44,323 nucleotides of DNA from a bacterium (lineage in GTDB: Bacteria > Patescibacteriota > Minisyncoccia > Phycocordibacterales > JAKEFN01). Of this stretch, positions 17,425 to 26,115 are shown piece by piece. Each line of letters begins with the position of its first letter. The first letter of the stretch is position 1. The stretch is taken from NCBI GenBank assembly GCA_022616085.1, contig JAKEFN010000096.1, positions 1-44,323 on the forward strand, given 5' to 3'. Both the position numbers and the translations under genes were made by a program. Below the pieces are notes generated by a model, which was not told the DNA's origin, made no database searches, and saw nothing but the letters and a program-made list of their open reading frames with translations.

Positions 17425-17625
17425 TTACTTTCGCGCAAGCATAATCGCTGCCGCGATTACAATACCGGCAACCGCAATGCCTTCGCCAAGCGTCATGCTG
17501 GAGAAAAAATAAAGGATCCAGAGAAGCCCGACTAAAGGCAAAGCAAGGATTCCAACACCAACCAAACATAAAATAAGTACAATAAATGTTATGCCGACGA
17601 TTGCTTCCAATAGACCAGATCCCAT
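17425..17625 (-). CDS. Small membrane protein (66 aa)
   Basis: AGGAGG lies 8 nt upstream of the ATG for MGSGLLEAIVGITFIVLILCLVGVG... It sits directly downstream of creA. The longer track ORFs in this region lack an RBS. Confidence 0.65.
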   Translation of the reverse strand: MGSGLLEAIVGITFIVLILCLVGVGILALPLVGLLWILYFFSSMTLGEGIAVAGIVIAAAIMLARK

Positions 17626-17641
17626 AATCCATACCTCCTGC

Positions 17642-18136
17642 TTACTTGCCGTCTGCAAAGAGCGGGACTGTTGAGATTGAATTCTTCGGCGAACCTTCAA
17701 TAATCTTGTCCGAATAGACAAGATAGATGAGCGCATGCACATTAGGATCGTACATCCGCACGACGTGAAGCTCCTTGAATAAAGGAGACGTTTTCTGGGA
17801 AAAAACTTCTTTTTGCCGAGAAACATCAAGACATCCGCCGGGCGGAGTTGCAGAATCAACCTGACCCTGGCAAATATTGCCAATCGGCGCCGTTTGCCTG
17901 CACGCGATAGAAGCATTGGACGGATCCTCTGCAAGTCCGACAGCGCCTGTCAAACCGCCCGCTTGCGCGTGGCTCATATGGCAGGTGATCCCGCCAATAT
18001 CAGGATCGTAAAAACCCTGAACAATGATCTTATCATTCGGTCCGGTGAACCGAAACGTCGTATCAACAGACCCGATATCCCACGCAAAAACGTACGCAGA
18101 AAAAAGGAGACTAAACATGCAAAGAATTTTTCCCAT
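17642..18136 (-). CDS. creA: CreA family protein
   Basis: Signal peptide plus a pattern typical of CreA (PF05981-like): FTGPNDKIIVQGFYDPDIGGITCHMSHAQAGG...ASIACRQ...LVYSDKIIEGSPKNSIS. Confidence 0.85.
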   Translation of the reverse strand: MGKILCMFSLLFSAYVFAWDIGSVDTTFRFTGPNDKIIVQGFYDPDIGGITCHMSHAQAGGLTGAVGLAEDPSNASIACRQTAPIGNICQGQVDSATPPGGCLDVSRQKEVFSQKTSPLFKELHVVRMYDPNVHALIYLVYSDKIIEGSPKNSISTVPLFADGK

Positions 18137-18483
18137 TTGGAACTACTCCTATTGGGATATTTCCCTGCCGCCAATATATAAAATATAATAATATTGTCAA
18201 TCTTTACTTTTTTTAATAAATGCAATGGACGCTGCCTTCCGCACCCGAAACTTTGGCCGTATCGTGGCACCTAAAAGAAACGGAAGCGGAAAAAGAGGAG
18301 GAGATCAATCGACAGTTATGCTTTTTTCGTATTGAAAAAGAAAAAAAAGCTCGTCGAGAATTATAATCGTCTGGTTCGACTCTATGAAAAGAAAAGCAGT
18401 GTCCAAAAATTATTTCAAAATTGAGTTATGTTTTTATAAACCGCTAAAAAATGAGGGGTTTTACTGACCGCGAAAAGTGCAAA

Positions 18484-19467
18484 CTATGCATTATGCTTCA
18501 TATCCTGCGGTTCTTGAAACGCCTCGATAATGGGTTCGATATTCCCATCCATAATCTTTTCTATGTTGCTCCATGATTTTTTGATCCGGTGGTCGGTGAT
18601 GCGGTCTTGGAGAAAATTATACGTGCGAATTTTTTCCGATCGGTCCATGGTGCCAACCTGCTCCCTCCGTTCATCCGCGTGCTTTCCTCCTTCCTCCTCT
18701 TCTTTAAGCGCGATAAGTTTCGATTCAAGAATCGCAAGGGCCTTTTCGCGGTTTCTCTGCTGGGTGCGCTCGCTCGTGCATCGGATAACCAACCCCGTAG
18801 GCTTGTGGGTGATGCGAACCGCCGTTTCCACCTTGTTCACATTCTGTCCTCCCGCGCCACCGGAACGGCTGAACTCAACCTCAATATCCGCCGGATTGAT
18901 CGAAACACCTGAGGATTTTCTGACTGGCAAAACCGCCACAGACGCGGTCGACGTGTGAATGCGCCCCGATTTCTCGGTCGCCGGCACGCGCTGGATGCGA
19001 TGCACACCGATCTCGCTTTTGAAAACGCCGTATACATCTTTTCCCCCAATCTCAAACACAGCCTCCTTATACCCGCCGAGACCGCTTTCCGATTCAGAAA
19101 TGCGCGAAAAACGATACCCTTTTTGCGTTGCGTATTTTTCATACATCTCCGCAAGCTCTTTGGCAAAAAGCGAGGCCTCTTCCCCGCCCGCGCCCGCGCG
19201 CACCTCCATGATCACCACATTATGCGTTTGGGCATCCTCTCCGGATGCGTTCCCGATGATCTGGGTGATGCGCTCTTCAACCGCCCTTTTTTGAATCTCA
19301 AGATCCCTAATTTCGTCTTTACCGAGCTTCTCCATCTCCGAATCATTCTTAATCATAATCTCCAAGCCCGCAATTTTTTCGGTTATTTTTTGCCACTCAA
19401 AAGCAAGATAACTCGTCTTCGGGTTATCCTTGAAGTCCTGTATGCTTCGCTCGCTGAAGGGCGTCAT
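18484..19467 (-). CDS. prfA: Peptide chain release factor 1
   Basis: GGQ motif ([16 protein letters not shown]) and the RF1-type PAT tripeptide ([14 protein letters not shown]). Confidence 0.93.
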   Translation of the reverse strand: MTPFSERSIQDFKDNPKTSYLAFEWQKITEKIAGLEIMIKNDSEMEKLGKDEIRDLEIQKRAVEERITQIIGNASGEDAQTHNVVIMEVRAGAGGEEASLFAKELAEMYEKYATQKGYRFSRISESESGLGGYKEAVFEIGGKDVYGVFKSEIGVHRIQRVPATEKSGRIHTSTASVAVLPVRKSSGVSINPADIEVEFSRSGGAGGQNVNKVETAVRITHKPTGLVIRCTSERTQQRNREKALAILESKLIALKEEEEGGKHADERREQVGTMDRSEKIRTYNFLQDRITDHRIKKSWSNIEKIMDGNIEPIIEAFQEPQDMKHNA

Positions 19468-19772
19468 GTGCGTACTTTTGATTTCGCGCCCGAGAGGGCC
19501 TTCTCCTTTTCTCCCCTTTTATTTTTTTTCTCCGCCGCCGATTCGGTTTTTTTCTTTTTTGGGGCTTTTTCCGCCGCTTTTGCGATGCGCCTGAACCGCT
19601 CAACCCGTCCGCCCGCATCTATCATTTTTTCGTTGCCGGTAAAAAACGGATGGCAACTACTGCAAATCTCCACGGCAAGCGACTCTTTGGTCGAACCGAT
19701 GGCAAATGAATTCCCGCACGAACATGTAACCGCCGCATTCGGATAATATTTGGGATGCAAATCCTTCTTCAT
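19464..19772 (-). CDS. rpmE: 50S ribosomal protein L31 with a Lys-rich C-terminal extension
   Basis: The start at M34 of the track ORF gives [10 protein letters not shown]...CSCGNSF...[10 protein letters not shown], an L31 core, followed by ~35 extra basic residues. There is an ATGA overlap with prfA. Confidence 0.88.
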   Translation of the reverse strand: MKKDLHPKYYPNAAVTCSCGNSFAIGSTKESLAVEICSSCHPFFTGNEKMIDAGGRVERFRRIAKAAEKAPKKKKTESAAEKKNKRGEKEKALSGAKSKVRT

Positions 19773-19842
19773 AATAGCATCCACTATAGCATGGCGCCCT
19801 GTGAAAAGCAAACGGACGGATGGGCACGGACGGAACAACCCT

Positions 19843-21177
19843 CTACTGCGGAGAGCTTTCCAAAATATCAATCAACCTTTGATATTCTTCCGCAAAACCC
19901 ATAACTTCATCACCGTAAAACGCATACGCGGGTTTCTGCCAGTTGCCCCCCGCAAGATAGCGGAGCGCCGCGCGGCGTTCGGCGGAAGAACCTCCGTCCG
20001 CGCCTCCGTTATCTTTAAGGAGAAGGGTGGACGCAACGAACGCATCGCGCGGATTCCACGGATTCGGAGGATTTGATCCCGTAATGCCAGAGATGGCGTT
20101 CTTGTAGCCCATCCAGGTGGTCGGCATGAATTGAGCCGGTCCCATAGCGCCGCCGCATCCGTATCCGGGAGCCTTTGATACCGGCATATCATCGGGATTG
20201 AATCCAAGCTCGCCGGTTATTGCAAGATACGCAGTTTTTTGTTTCTCTGCCGAGGAGGGATATCCGATCGACTTATAGCACTCATACATGTCTATGCGCC
20301 AATTCCCGTTGCCCTGAAAAGCTCCCAAGTTCGACTCTTCGCGGATGATGCCTAGAAGAAATGCCGGGCGAATGCCCGTATGCGAACGCGCGAACTCGGC
20401 ATGCGCAAGCGCTTCTTCAAAAGAAATCGCCTTCGATCCCCGAAGATTGAAAAGTGCGCTCCGAATAGCCGCGGCGTCTTTTTCTTTTTCATTTATTACT
20501 TTCTGGTATGACGCTTCCTGGCCTTTCGTAATGCGGAGAAGCTGTTTTTTCTCCATATCGGCGTCATCAAGCCGTTTCTTCTCCATCAGCTGGATGTTTT
20601 TCAATTCGTTTTCTTCATTTTTTTTGCGTTCCAGAAGCTCTTTTTCAGTAGATGTCCTCTCCCGCGCAAGCGCGATCGCGGTGAAAGAAAAATTGAGCGC
20701 CTTTTTTATGGATAGGAATGTGTCAAGATCCGTAAAAAAATCGGAGATATTCAAATTGGAGAGCACCACTTCCGCAAGCGAATACGAATCGAGTTCGTAT
20801 GTTTTCCGCATCAGATGCTCAAGCGACTCTTTCTCGCGTTCAATCTTCGCCGAAAGGTCCGATATTGTGAAAACTTTCCCGTCAATCTCTTTTAAAAGTT
20901 CCGAGACGACGATGTCCCGCGCGCGAATTCCCAATTTCGCCTTGTTTATTTTAGAATCAAGAATGGCAACGTCCCGTTCAAGAGTCGCTTTTTCGCGCTG
21001 TTTTTCCGAGAGACTGGCGCGCTCGGCCTCGATCTCTTTTTCGATTTCCGCAAGCTCCGCCTCAAGCGCCGCCCGCTCCGCAGGGGCAAGCTCGGCTCGA
21101 GCAGAAATAGGAATAAGCGATGCGGCGAATATAAGCAAAAATAACGCCGCAAAAATTTTTGGAAGCGCATGCGCCAT
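19843..21177 (-). CDS. Secreted coiled-coil protein with a C-terminal lytic transglycosylase (SLT-like) domain
   Basis: The start at M46 gives signal peptide [21 protein letters not shown] long heptad-rich region follows. The C-terminus carries [11 protein letters not shown] and [10 protein letters not shown]. Confidence 0.85.
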   Translation of the reverse strand: MAHALPKIFAALFLLIFAASLIPISARAELAPAERAALEAELAEIEKEIEAERASLSEKQREKATLERDVAILDSKINKAKLGIRARDIVVSELLKEIDGKVFTISDLSAKIEREKESLEHLMRKTYELDSYSLAEVVLSNLNISDFFTDLDTFLSIKKALNFSFTAIALARERTSTEKELLERKKNEENELKNIQLMEKKRLDDADMEKKQLLRITKGQEASYQKVINEKEKDAAAIRSALFNLRGSKAISFEEALAHAEFARSHTGIRPAFLLGIIREESNLGAFQGNGNWRIDMYECYKSIGYPSSAEKQKTAYLAITGELGFNPDDMPVSKAPGYGCGGAMGPAQFMPTTWMGYKNAISGITGSNPPNPWNPRDAFVASTLLLKDNGGADGGSSAERRAALRYLAGGNWQKPAYAFYGDEVMGFAEEYQRLIDILESSPQ

Positions 21178-21199
21178 CGTATAAGTATAGCACGGAATT

Positions 21200-21832
21200 T
21201 TATTCTGCGAGAGCTTCTTCTTCCTCTTTCTTGCCTTTCTTTGCGACTTCAATTGCCGCGGCGTCGAACTCGGGCTCTTCTTTTTCTTCTTTGCGTTCCG
21301 CAACGAGAACAACTATATCTTCCAAGAGCGCAAGCGGCGTAACGCCTTCAGGAAGCGCGAGATCCTTCACCGCAATATGGCTCTCAAGGGAGGCCAATCC
21401 GGAGACGTCGACTTTGATTTCGTGGGGGATATTTCTCGGGAGAACGCGAATTTCAAGCTCATGAAGCACTTTGACAAGAGTGCCTCCAAAATCCTTTACT
21501 GCCGGAGAAACCCCTTCGTATGCAAGGGGCACGGCGACCTCCACTTCTTTGTCTTTGTCGATGGCGTAAAAGTCGACATGGAGAGGCAGTCCTGTTACCG
21601 GATCGCGGGCGATATCATGAATAAGCACTTCGATATTTCCGTCCCCCGCATCAAGAGAAATGACCTCCGTCTCGCCCGCTTTTTTGAGGACTTTTTCGAA
21701 ATCACGGGCTGGAACGCTCACCATGCCAGCCGCTTTTTTCCCGCCGTAAAAAACCGCCGGAATTTTGCCCTGTTTTCTTATATATGCCGCTTTTGATGTT
21801 TTGTCGCGCTTTTCCGCCTTGAGTGTAAGCAT
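21200..21832 (-). CDS. rplY: 50S ribosomal protein L25/general stress protein Ctc
   Basis: MLTLKAEKRDKTSKAAYIRKQGKIPAVFYG is an L25 N-domain, followed by a Ctc-type C-domain and an acidic tail. Confidence 0.92.
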   Translation of the reverse strand: MLTLKAEKRDKTSKAAYIRKQGKIPAVFYGGKKAAGMVSVPARDFEKVLKKAGETEVISLDAGDGNIEVLIHDIARDPVTGLPLHVDFYAIDKDKEVEVAVPLAYEGVSPAVKDFGGTLVKVLHELEIRVLPRNIPHEIKVDVSGLASLESHIAVKDLALPEGVTPLALLEDIVVLVAERKEEKEEPEFDAAAIEVAKKGKKEEEEALAE

Positions 21833-21838
21833 TGCGGT

Positions 21839-21844
21839 ATTATA
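21839..21844 (-). promoter_or_regulatory. -10 box TATAAT 6 nt upstream of the rplY ATG (leaderless-type)
   Basis: The minus strand reads tataat-accgca-ATG. Confidence 0.35.
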
Positions 21845-21917
21845 AGGGAATTCTAAAATATAACAAGTATTGACAAAATTATATTAAAATGATTCATCAA
21901 TCTCATTTCTCTCTCAC

Positions 21918-21952
21918 GAGCGGCCACAAGCCGCTCACTTTTTTTAATTTTT
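21918..21952 (+). terminator. Orphan plus-strand terminator-like hairpin
   Basis: gagcggc-cacaa-gccgctc is followed by actttttttaattttt. No plus-strand gene lies upstream. Confidence 0.4.
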
Positions 21953-21999
21953 ACGACATGACGCGGATGCCGACACCGCTCGCATGCGCGCTTCTCATG

Positions 22000-22392
22000 T
22001 TATTTCTTTGAAAGCAGGGCAAAAAGGGCAAGACCTGCGCCGAGAATTCCAATGTCGCGGTAGGTTTCAAGATTGAGTCCCACCAAAAGAAGAATAAGCC
22101 CCATCTGGAACGCGACAAAAAGACCCGCCCACCGCGAAGCCGCTTTGGGGAAAAACCATCCGATCATAACGAGCGCAATGATGAATTCCCCGGCCGCCTG
22201 CATGCGGAGATAGGTGTCGATGCCGATCGCCCCAATCGCATGTTGGAAAAAATCCGGGAGCGATTGTATCGCCCAATACCATCCAGCGGTATGCCGGAAA
22301 ATATCGGTGCTTGTATAAAAATAAACTCCCGCGATGCCGAGCCGAAGAATCCATTCGGGTGGAATGCGAGAAAAAAAATTGTCTCTGTGCAT
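22000..22392 (-). CDS. Membrane protein, DoxX-like (tentative)
   Basis: A 130-aa ORF with four hydrophobic helices. TATAAT lies 6 nt upstream of the ATG. Confidence 0.7.
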   Translation of the reverse strand: MHRDNFFSRIPPEWILRLGIAGVYFYTSTDIFRHTAGWYWAIQSLPDFFQHAIGAIGIDTYLRMQAAGEFIIALVMIGWFFPKAASRWAGLFVAFQMGLILLLVGLNLETYRDIGILGAGLALFALLSKK

Positions 22393-22398
22393 ACCGAC

Positions 22399-22404
22399 AT
22401 TATA
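22399..22404 (-). promoter_or_regulatory. -10 box TATAAT 6 nt upstream of the ATG at 22392 (leaderless-type)
   Basis: The minus strand reads tataat-gtcggt-ATG. Confidence 0.35.
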
Positions 22405-22424
22405 GCGTTTTGTCTGTTTAAGCG

Positions 22425-22448
22425 CAAAAAACCGCCCGAGGAGGCGGC
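22425..22448 (-). terminator. Rho-independent terminator after the 22452 gene
   Basis: The minus strand reads ccgcc-tcctcg-ggcgg followed by tttttt. Confidence 0.6.
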
Positions 22449-22451
22449 GAA

Positions 22452-22862
22452 TTAAAAATCGAATTTCAGGAATGCGATCGGGATGAGCGCATATATAAAT
22501 CCCATGACAAGACGGGCATCCACGGCATCAAATTTCCCAAGCCCGATTCCGGCGTCAGGGAGAAGAAATTGCGCCACATCCGTGCCGATATATCCGGCAA
22601 GAAAAGCAAATACGGACATCGCAACTATTGTTAGATATTTTGTAATATTCGCCGTATATGTGCCGACGCACGAATAAAGAAACCATGCCGTGACGCACGC
22701 AAATGTCCAGACGATAAACGCGAGAACGGCGGGAACAGCAAACGATGCATAGTGCCACTCCGAATCGTGGACAACGATTTTGAGAGCAAAGAAAATAATG
22801 GTTGCCGCATATGACCAGAAAAGACCGAGAGCGTAAGCGGTTATTGCCATAAGGAAGCCCAT
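22452..22862 (-). CDS. Hypothetical membrane protein (136 aa)
   Basis: The start at M29 has a GGAGG RBS 7 nt upstream. The longer version would overlap the divergent 22936 gene. Confidence 0.7.
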   Translation of the reverse strand: MGFLMAITAYALGLFWSYAATIIFFALKIVVHDSEWHYASFAVPAVLAFIVWTFACVTAWFLYSCVGTYTANITKYLTIVAMSVFAFLAGYIGTDVAQFLLPDAGIGLGKFDAVDARLVMGFIYALIPIAFLKFDF

Positions 22863-22935
22863 GGGCGATTCCTCCATAAAGAACGGGTCATAAACAGTAT
22901 ACAAAGTATCGGGCGTATGGCAATATAAATGCACG

Positions 22936-24237
22936 ATGCGTTTCATCGCAGATTTTCACATACATTCGCACTATTCGCGAGCAACCTCAAGGCGCATGAA
23001 CATCGCGGAGCTCGCCGCATGGTCGCAAATCAAGGGCGCGACCGTCGTCGGCACCGGCGATTTTACTCATCCGCTATGGTTTGAGGAAGTGCGGGAAAAA
23101 TTGGAACCAGCGGAACCGGGGCTTTTCAAACTCAAAGGCGCAATCGAGAAAAAAATCGAACAAAATGTGCCCGCGAAATGCCGCGCCCCGATGCGCTATT
23201 TCCTTAGCGTCGAGATCAGCACGATCTACAAAAAAAACGATCGGGTGCGGAAAGTGCACAGCCTCGTTTTTGCGCCGGTATTCGCCGCCGCGTCAAAAAT
23301 AAACGCCGCGCTTGGAAAAATCGGAAACATCAACTCCGATGGCAGACCGATTCTGGGTCTTGATACGAAAGAGCTTCTGAAAATCGTTCTTGATGCGTCG
23401 CCCGACTGCATGCTTGTCCCCGCGCATATATGGACTCCGCATTTCTCCGTCTATGGATCGCAGTCCGGCTTTGACTCGCTTGAAGAGTGCTTTGACGAGC
23501 TTGCGCCACGCATCTATGCGATTGAGACAGGGCTCTCCTCCGATCCCGCCATGAACTGGCGAATTCCGGAGCTTGATACCCGCGCCATTATCTCGAACTC
23601 GGACGCGCATAGTCCGGAAAAACTCGGCCGCGAAGCGAATCTCTTCAACACCGAGCTTTCATATTTCGCGATAATGGACGCGCTTAAAAAAAACGACCCG
23701 AGAGCGTTTCTCGGCACGATTGAATTTTATCCGGAGGAGGGCAAATACCATTTGGACGGCCACCGCAACTGCAAAACGCGCCTCCACCCCAAAGAAACGA
23801 TCAAACGGAAAGGCCTCTGCCCCGTATGCGGACGGCGCGCGACGATCGGCGTCATGCACCGCGTTGAAACGCTTGCGAAAAGGCCCGAAGGATTCGATCC
23901 GAAAAAAAGGCCGCCCTTTAAAAGCATCGTGCCGCTTCCTGAAATTTTGGCCGAAGTCTTGGGTGTTTCCGGATCGGGAAGCAAAAAAGTGCGCGAACTC
24001 CACATGAAGATGATCCATGATCTCGGCAACGAATTTACGATTCTCCTAGACGCCCCGCTTGAAGATATTGCGCGAAGCGCGGGCGAGATAACAGCCGAAG
24101 CGGTCAAGCGTATGCGCAAAGGCGCGATCACAATTCTCGGCGGCTACGACGGAGAATACGGGACGGTTCGCATTTTTTCCGACAAAGACCGCACCAAATT
24201 CGCATCTCCGCCAAAATCCCAAAAACCCCTTTTCTAA
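22936..24237 (+). CDS. PHP-domain protein resembling endonuclease Q (EndoQ)
   Basis: The N-terminus FIADFHIHSHYSRATSRRM...VVGTGDFTHPLW and the zinc-finger-like CPVCGRRATIGVMHRVETL match what I recall of EndoQ-family proteins. It is 433 aa. Confidence 0.75.
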   Translation: MRFIADFHIHSHYSRATSRRMNIAELAAWSQIKGATVVGTGDFTHPLWFEEVREKLEPAEPGLFKLKGAIEKKIEQNVPAKCRAPMRYFLSVEISTIYKKNDRVRKVHSLVFAPVFAAASKINAALGKIGNINSDGRPILGLDTKELLKIVLDASPDCMLVPAHIWTPHFSVYGSQSGFDSLEECFDELAPRIYAIETGLSSDPAMNWRIPELDTRAIISNSDAHSPEKLGREANLFNTELSYFAIMDALKKNDPRAFLGTIEFYPEEGKYHLDGHRNCKTRLHPKETIKRKGLCPVCGRRATIGVMHRVETLAKRPEGFDPKKRPPFKSIVPLPEILAEVLGVSGSGSKKVRELHMKMIHDLGNEFTILLDAPLEDIARSAGEITAEAVKRMRKGAITILGGYDGEYGTVRIFSDKDRTKFASPPKSQKPLF

Positions 24238-24244
24238 GCCAGGG

Positions 24245-24279
24245 CTTTAACTCTAGACTTACGAAGTCTAGAGTTAAAG
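24245..24279. repeat. REP-like perfect hairpin (16-bp stem)
   Basis: ctttaactctagactt-acg-aagtctagagttaaag. Confidence 0.85.
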
Positions 24280-24291
24280 GCATTAACTACC

Positions 24292-24987
24292 TTACTCTAA
24301 CATCATGACTTTATAATCAGGGCTGTCATCGATACTGAAATTTTTAAGCTCTTCTTTAACGGATTTCCGGTATTTTTCTTCTCCGCCAAAAAAATCAAGA
24401 AAATATCCTCTTTGGGTTACTGCCGGGAAATTTTTCTTTCCAAGGTAGTCCAGATGACTGCTCCAGCGATAATTTTCAAGGAAAGAAAGCGCGTCATTGG
24501 TGTTTTTAATTTTTCGGCCCCGCCAATCATGGCCTGATAAATCAAGCGGATTGAAATGAATATAATAAGGGATAAAAAGAAAATGACGGTCGTTTTCTAT
24601 ATAAAACCTCTTAAATCTCCCCTGGAATAAAGCTCCCACCCTTTGATATTTCTCGTTGAAATATTTTGCATATCCTATATTGAGCTTTGTCATAAATTTT
24701 GTAATACCCCCATCGATAACCGGAGAGAGAAGAAGATGATAGTGGTTTGGCATCAAAGCGAAACAATGAATGTTCACCAAAAGTTCACGCGGTTCTTTTT
24801 TTTGATCATAATATTTCAAACCCCTTTCAAGGTTCTGCGCAAAATAAAAATTATTTGAAGAGGCCTTCGATCGATCGTTGAACTCAAACAAATCGTGAAC
24901 GAAACGAAAATAGTCTTTCTTGTCATTAAAAATTAACCGCTTGTCAACACCGCGGTTGAGAACATGATAAAATTCCATATTTTGCAT
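24292..24987 (-). CDS. IS200-like / REP-associated tyrosine (Y1) transposase
   Basis: YHVLNRG...CFALMPNHYHLLL (HUH motif)...GALFQGRFKRF...YIHFNPL fits the Y1_Tnp (PF01797) pattern. It is 231 aa. Confidence 0.88.
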   Translation of the reverse strand: MQNMEFYHVLNRGVDKRLIFNDKKDYFRFVHDLFEFNDRSKASSNNFYFAQNLERGLKYYDQKKEPRELLVNIHCFALMPNHYHLLLSPVIDGGITKFMTKLNIGYAKYFNEKYQRVGALFQGRFKRFYIENDRHFLFIPYYIHFNPLDLSGHDWRGRKIKNTNDALSFLENYRWSSHLDYLGKKNFPAVTQRGYFLDFFGGEEKYRKSVKEELKNFSIDDSPDYKVMMLE

Positions 24988-25001
24988 TCGTATAATTATA
25001 C

Positions 25002-25026
25002 ACTCTAGACTTCGTAAGTCTAGAGT
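25002..25026. repeat. REP-like hairpin, inverted copy
   Basis: actctagactt-cgt-aagtctagagt. Confidence 0.85.
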
Positions 25027-25143
25027 AAGTCGTTTTATCGGAGGGCGTTTGCATGGTTTTGTATTGAAAATTAAGGCTTTTATGCCTTTATTATACCATG
25101 CGTGGCATTAATATTTTTGTGAAAAACGGGGGTGTTTTAGGTA

Positions 25144-25356
25144 TCATTCGGCAACAGGCCCATTTTTTGAAGAATGACGAAACCACAAAATGCCACGGGA
25201 GTCCAGAGTAGGAAGGGTTTGGAAACATGCTCTAGCACCAGAGGGCATTCCTTTGCAGAAAAATGACTCGTCGCTTTCTGAAATATCAAATATTATAAAG
25301 AAAACCCCACCGAGTGGTAGGGTAATAATACGCATGGCATCTAGGTTCACTGCCAT
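25144..25356 (-). CDS. Hypothetical protein (70 aa) in an AT-rich stretch
   Basis: ORF with a GGATGGAG RBS-like sequence 4 nt upstream. No recognisable family. Confidence 0.4.
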   Translation of the reverse strand: MAVNLDAMRIITLPLGGVFFIIFDISESDESFFCKGMPSGARACFQTLPTLDSRGILWFRHSSKNGPVAE

Positions 25357-25369
25357 TTGACTCCATCCT

Positions 25370-25582
25370 CTATAGTCTTATCCAGAATCCGAGGAATAGC
25401 CATCCTACAACTGCAATCCAAAAGGGCACCAAGGGCACCTTAAACATTTTGTCTGGATCGTATACAAAAAACAAAAAAATATATATAAAACTGTAGCAAA
25501 TTGTCAATATTACAAAAAGGGTGCTCCACCACGTCCAGAAAGTTAGTCCGCTCATTTCGTCCACTGCGAAACCTCCAATCAT
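25370..25582 (-). CDS. Hypothetical small membrane protein (70 aa)
   Basis: Two to three hydrophobic helices. It lies 37 nt downstream of the PCD gene. Confidence 0.5.
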   Translation of the reverse strand: MIGGFAVDEMSGLTFWTWWSTLFVILTICYSFIYIFLFFVYDPDKMFKVPLVPFWIAVVGWLFLGFWIRL

Positions 25583-25619
25583 TTAGTCTAAATTGAAACC
25601 GATTCCATTAAAGATAGCG

Positions 25620-25949
25620 TTATCCTTTTGATCTGTCAATTTTTGCCGCTAGAATAAAATCGTTTTCGGAGAGACCGCCTATTGCGTGCGTTGAGAGAGA
25701 CAAACGCACTTTGTTCCAACCAAAAAGCAATATGTCGGGGTGGTGATTTTCGGATTCTGCGATTTCACCGACTTTGTTTACAAACGCGAGCGCGAGAGCA
25801 AAATCGGCAAACTTCCATTCGCGTTCAATCTTTGCGTTGTCAATTACGCGCCATTCGGGCGTTTCTTTTTTAAGTTCCTCTATTTCGCCGCGCGCAAGAG
25901 GCGGCACGCCCCCTTCGCACGGGACGCATTTTTTATTCGAAAGCGTCAT
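25620..25949 (-). CDS. phhB: Pterin-4-alpha-carbinolamine dehydratase (PCD/DCoH family)
   Basis: Conserved HHPD core (ESENHHPDILLFGWNKVRLSLSTHAIGGLSENDF). It is 109 aa. Confidence 0.9.
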   Translation of the reverse strand: MTLSNKKCVPCEGGVPPLARGEIEELKKETPEWRVIDNAKIEREWKFADFALALAFVNKVGEIAESENHHPDILLFGWNKVRLSLSTHAIGGLSENDFILAAKIDRSKG

Positions 25950-26095
25950 TTATTTTCTTCAAGCGTCGCTTCTACGGGCAAACGCTCGCTATATTCGTAT
26001 AAACTTGCAAAGAAAACTCCGGCAATGCCGATCATAATGATGCCGACAAAATTCAAAATAAACTTAAAGAGATTGTCGTTGAATAAAGGCCTCAT
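25946..26095 (-). CDS. Possible 49-aa membrane peptide translationally coupled to the PCD gene
   Basis: Hand translation gives MRPLFNDNLFKFILNFVGIIMIGIAGVFFASLYEYSERLPVEATLEENK. There is an ATGA overlap with the PCD start. Confidence 0.4.
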   Translation of the reverse strand: MRPLFNDNLFKFILNFVGIIMIGIAGVFFASLYEYSERLPVEATLEENK

Positions 26096-26115
26096 GATTA
26101 TTTCATAGTATAACA

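Larger units (their letters stand above)
24245..25026. mobile_element. REPtron-like unit: Y1 (IS200/RAYT-type) transposase gene bracketed by inverted palindromic hairpins
   Basis: The hairpins at 24245-24279 and 25002-25026 are reverse complements of each other, loops included (acg vs cgt). They flank the transposase ORF. Confidence 0.8.

Noticed and set aside
17074-17535. A 153-aa plus-strand ORF spanning both 144-bp tandem units. The period equals 48 codons, so it would encode a repeated peptide.
   Set aside because: It has a TTG start with no RBS. It runs through a strong terminator and is antisense to a well-supported small membrane gene. Differences between the units are compensatory in hairpin stems rather than synonymous. 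An RNA or DNA-level repeat is more likely.
20345-21184. A 279-aa plus-strand Ser-rich ORF.
   Set aside because: It is the antisense shadow of the Glu/Lys/Ala-rich coiled-coil region of the lytic transglycosylase gene. It is low-complexity and has no start signals.
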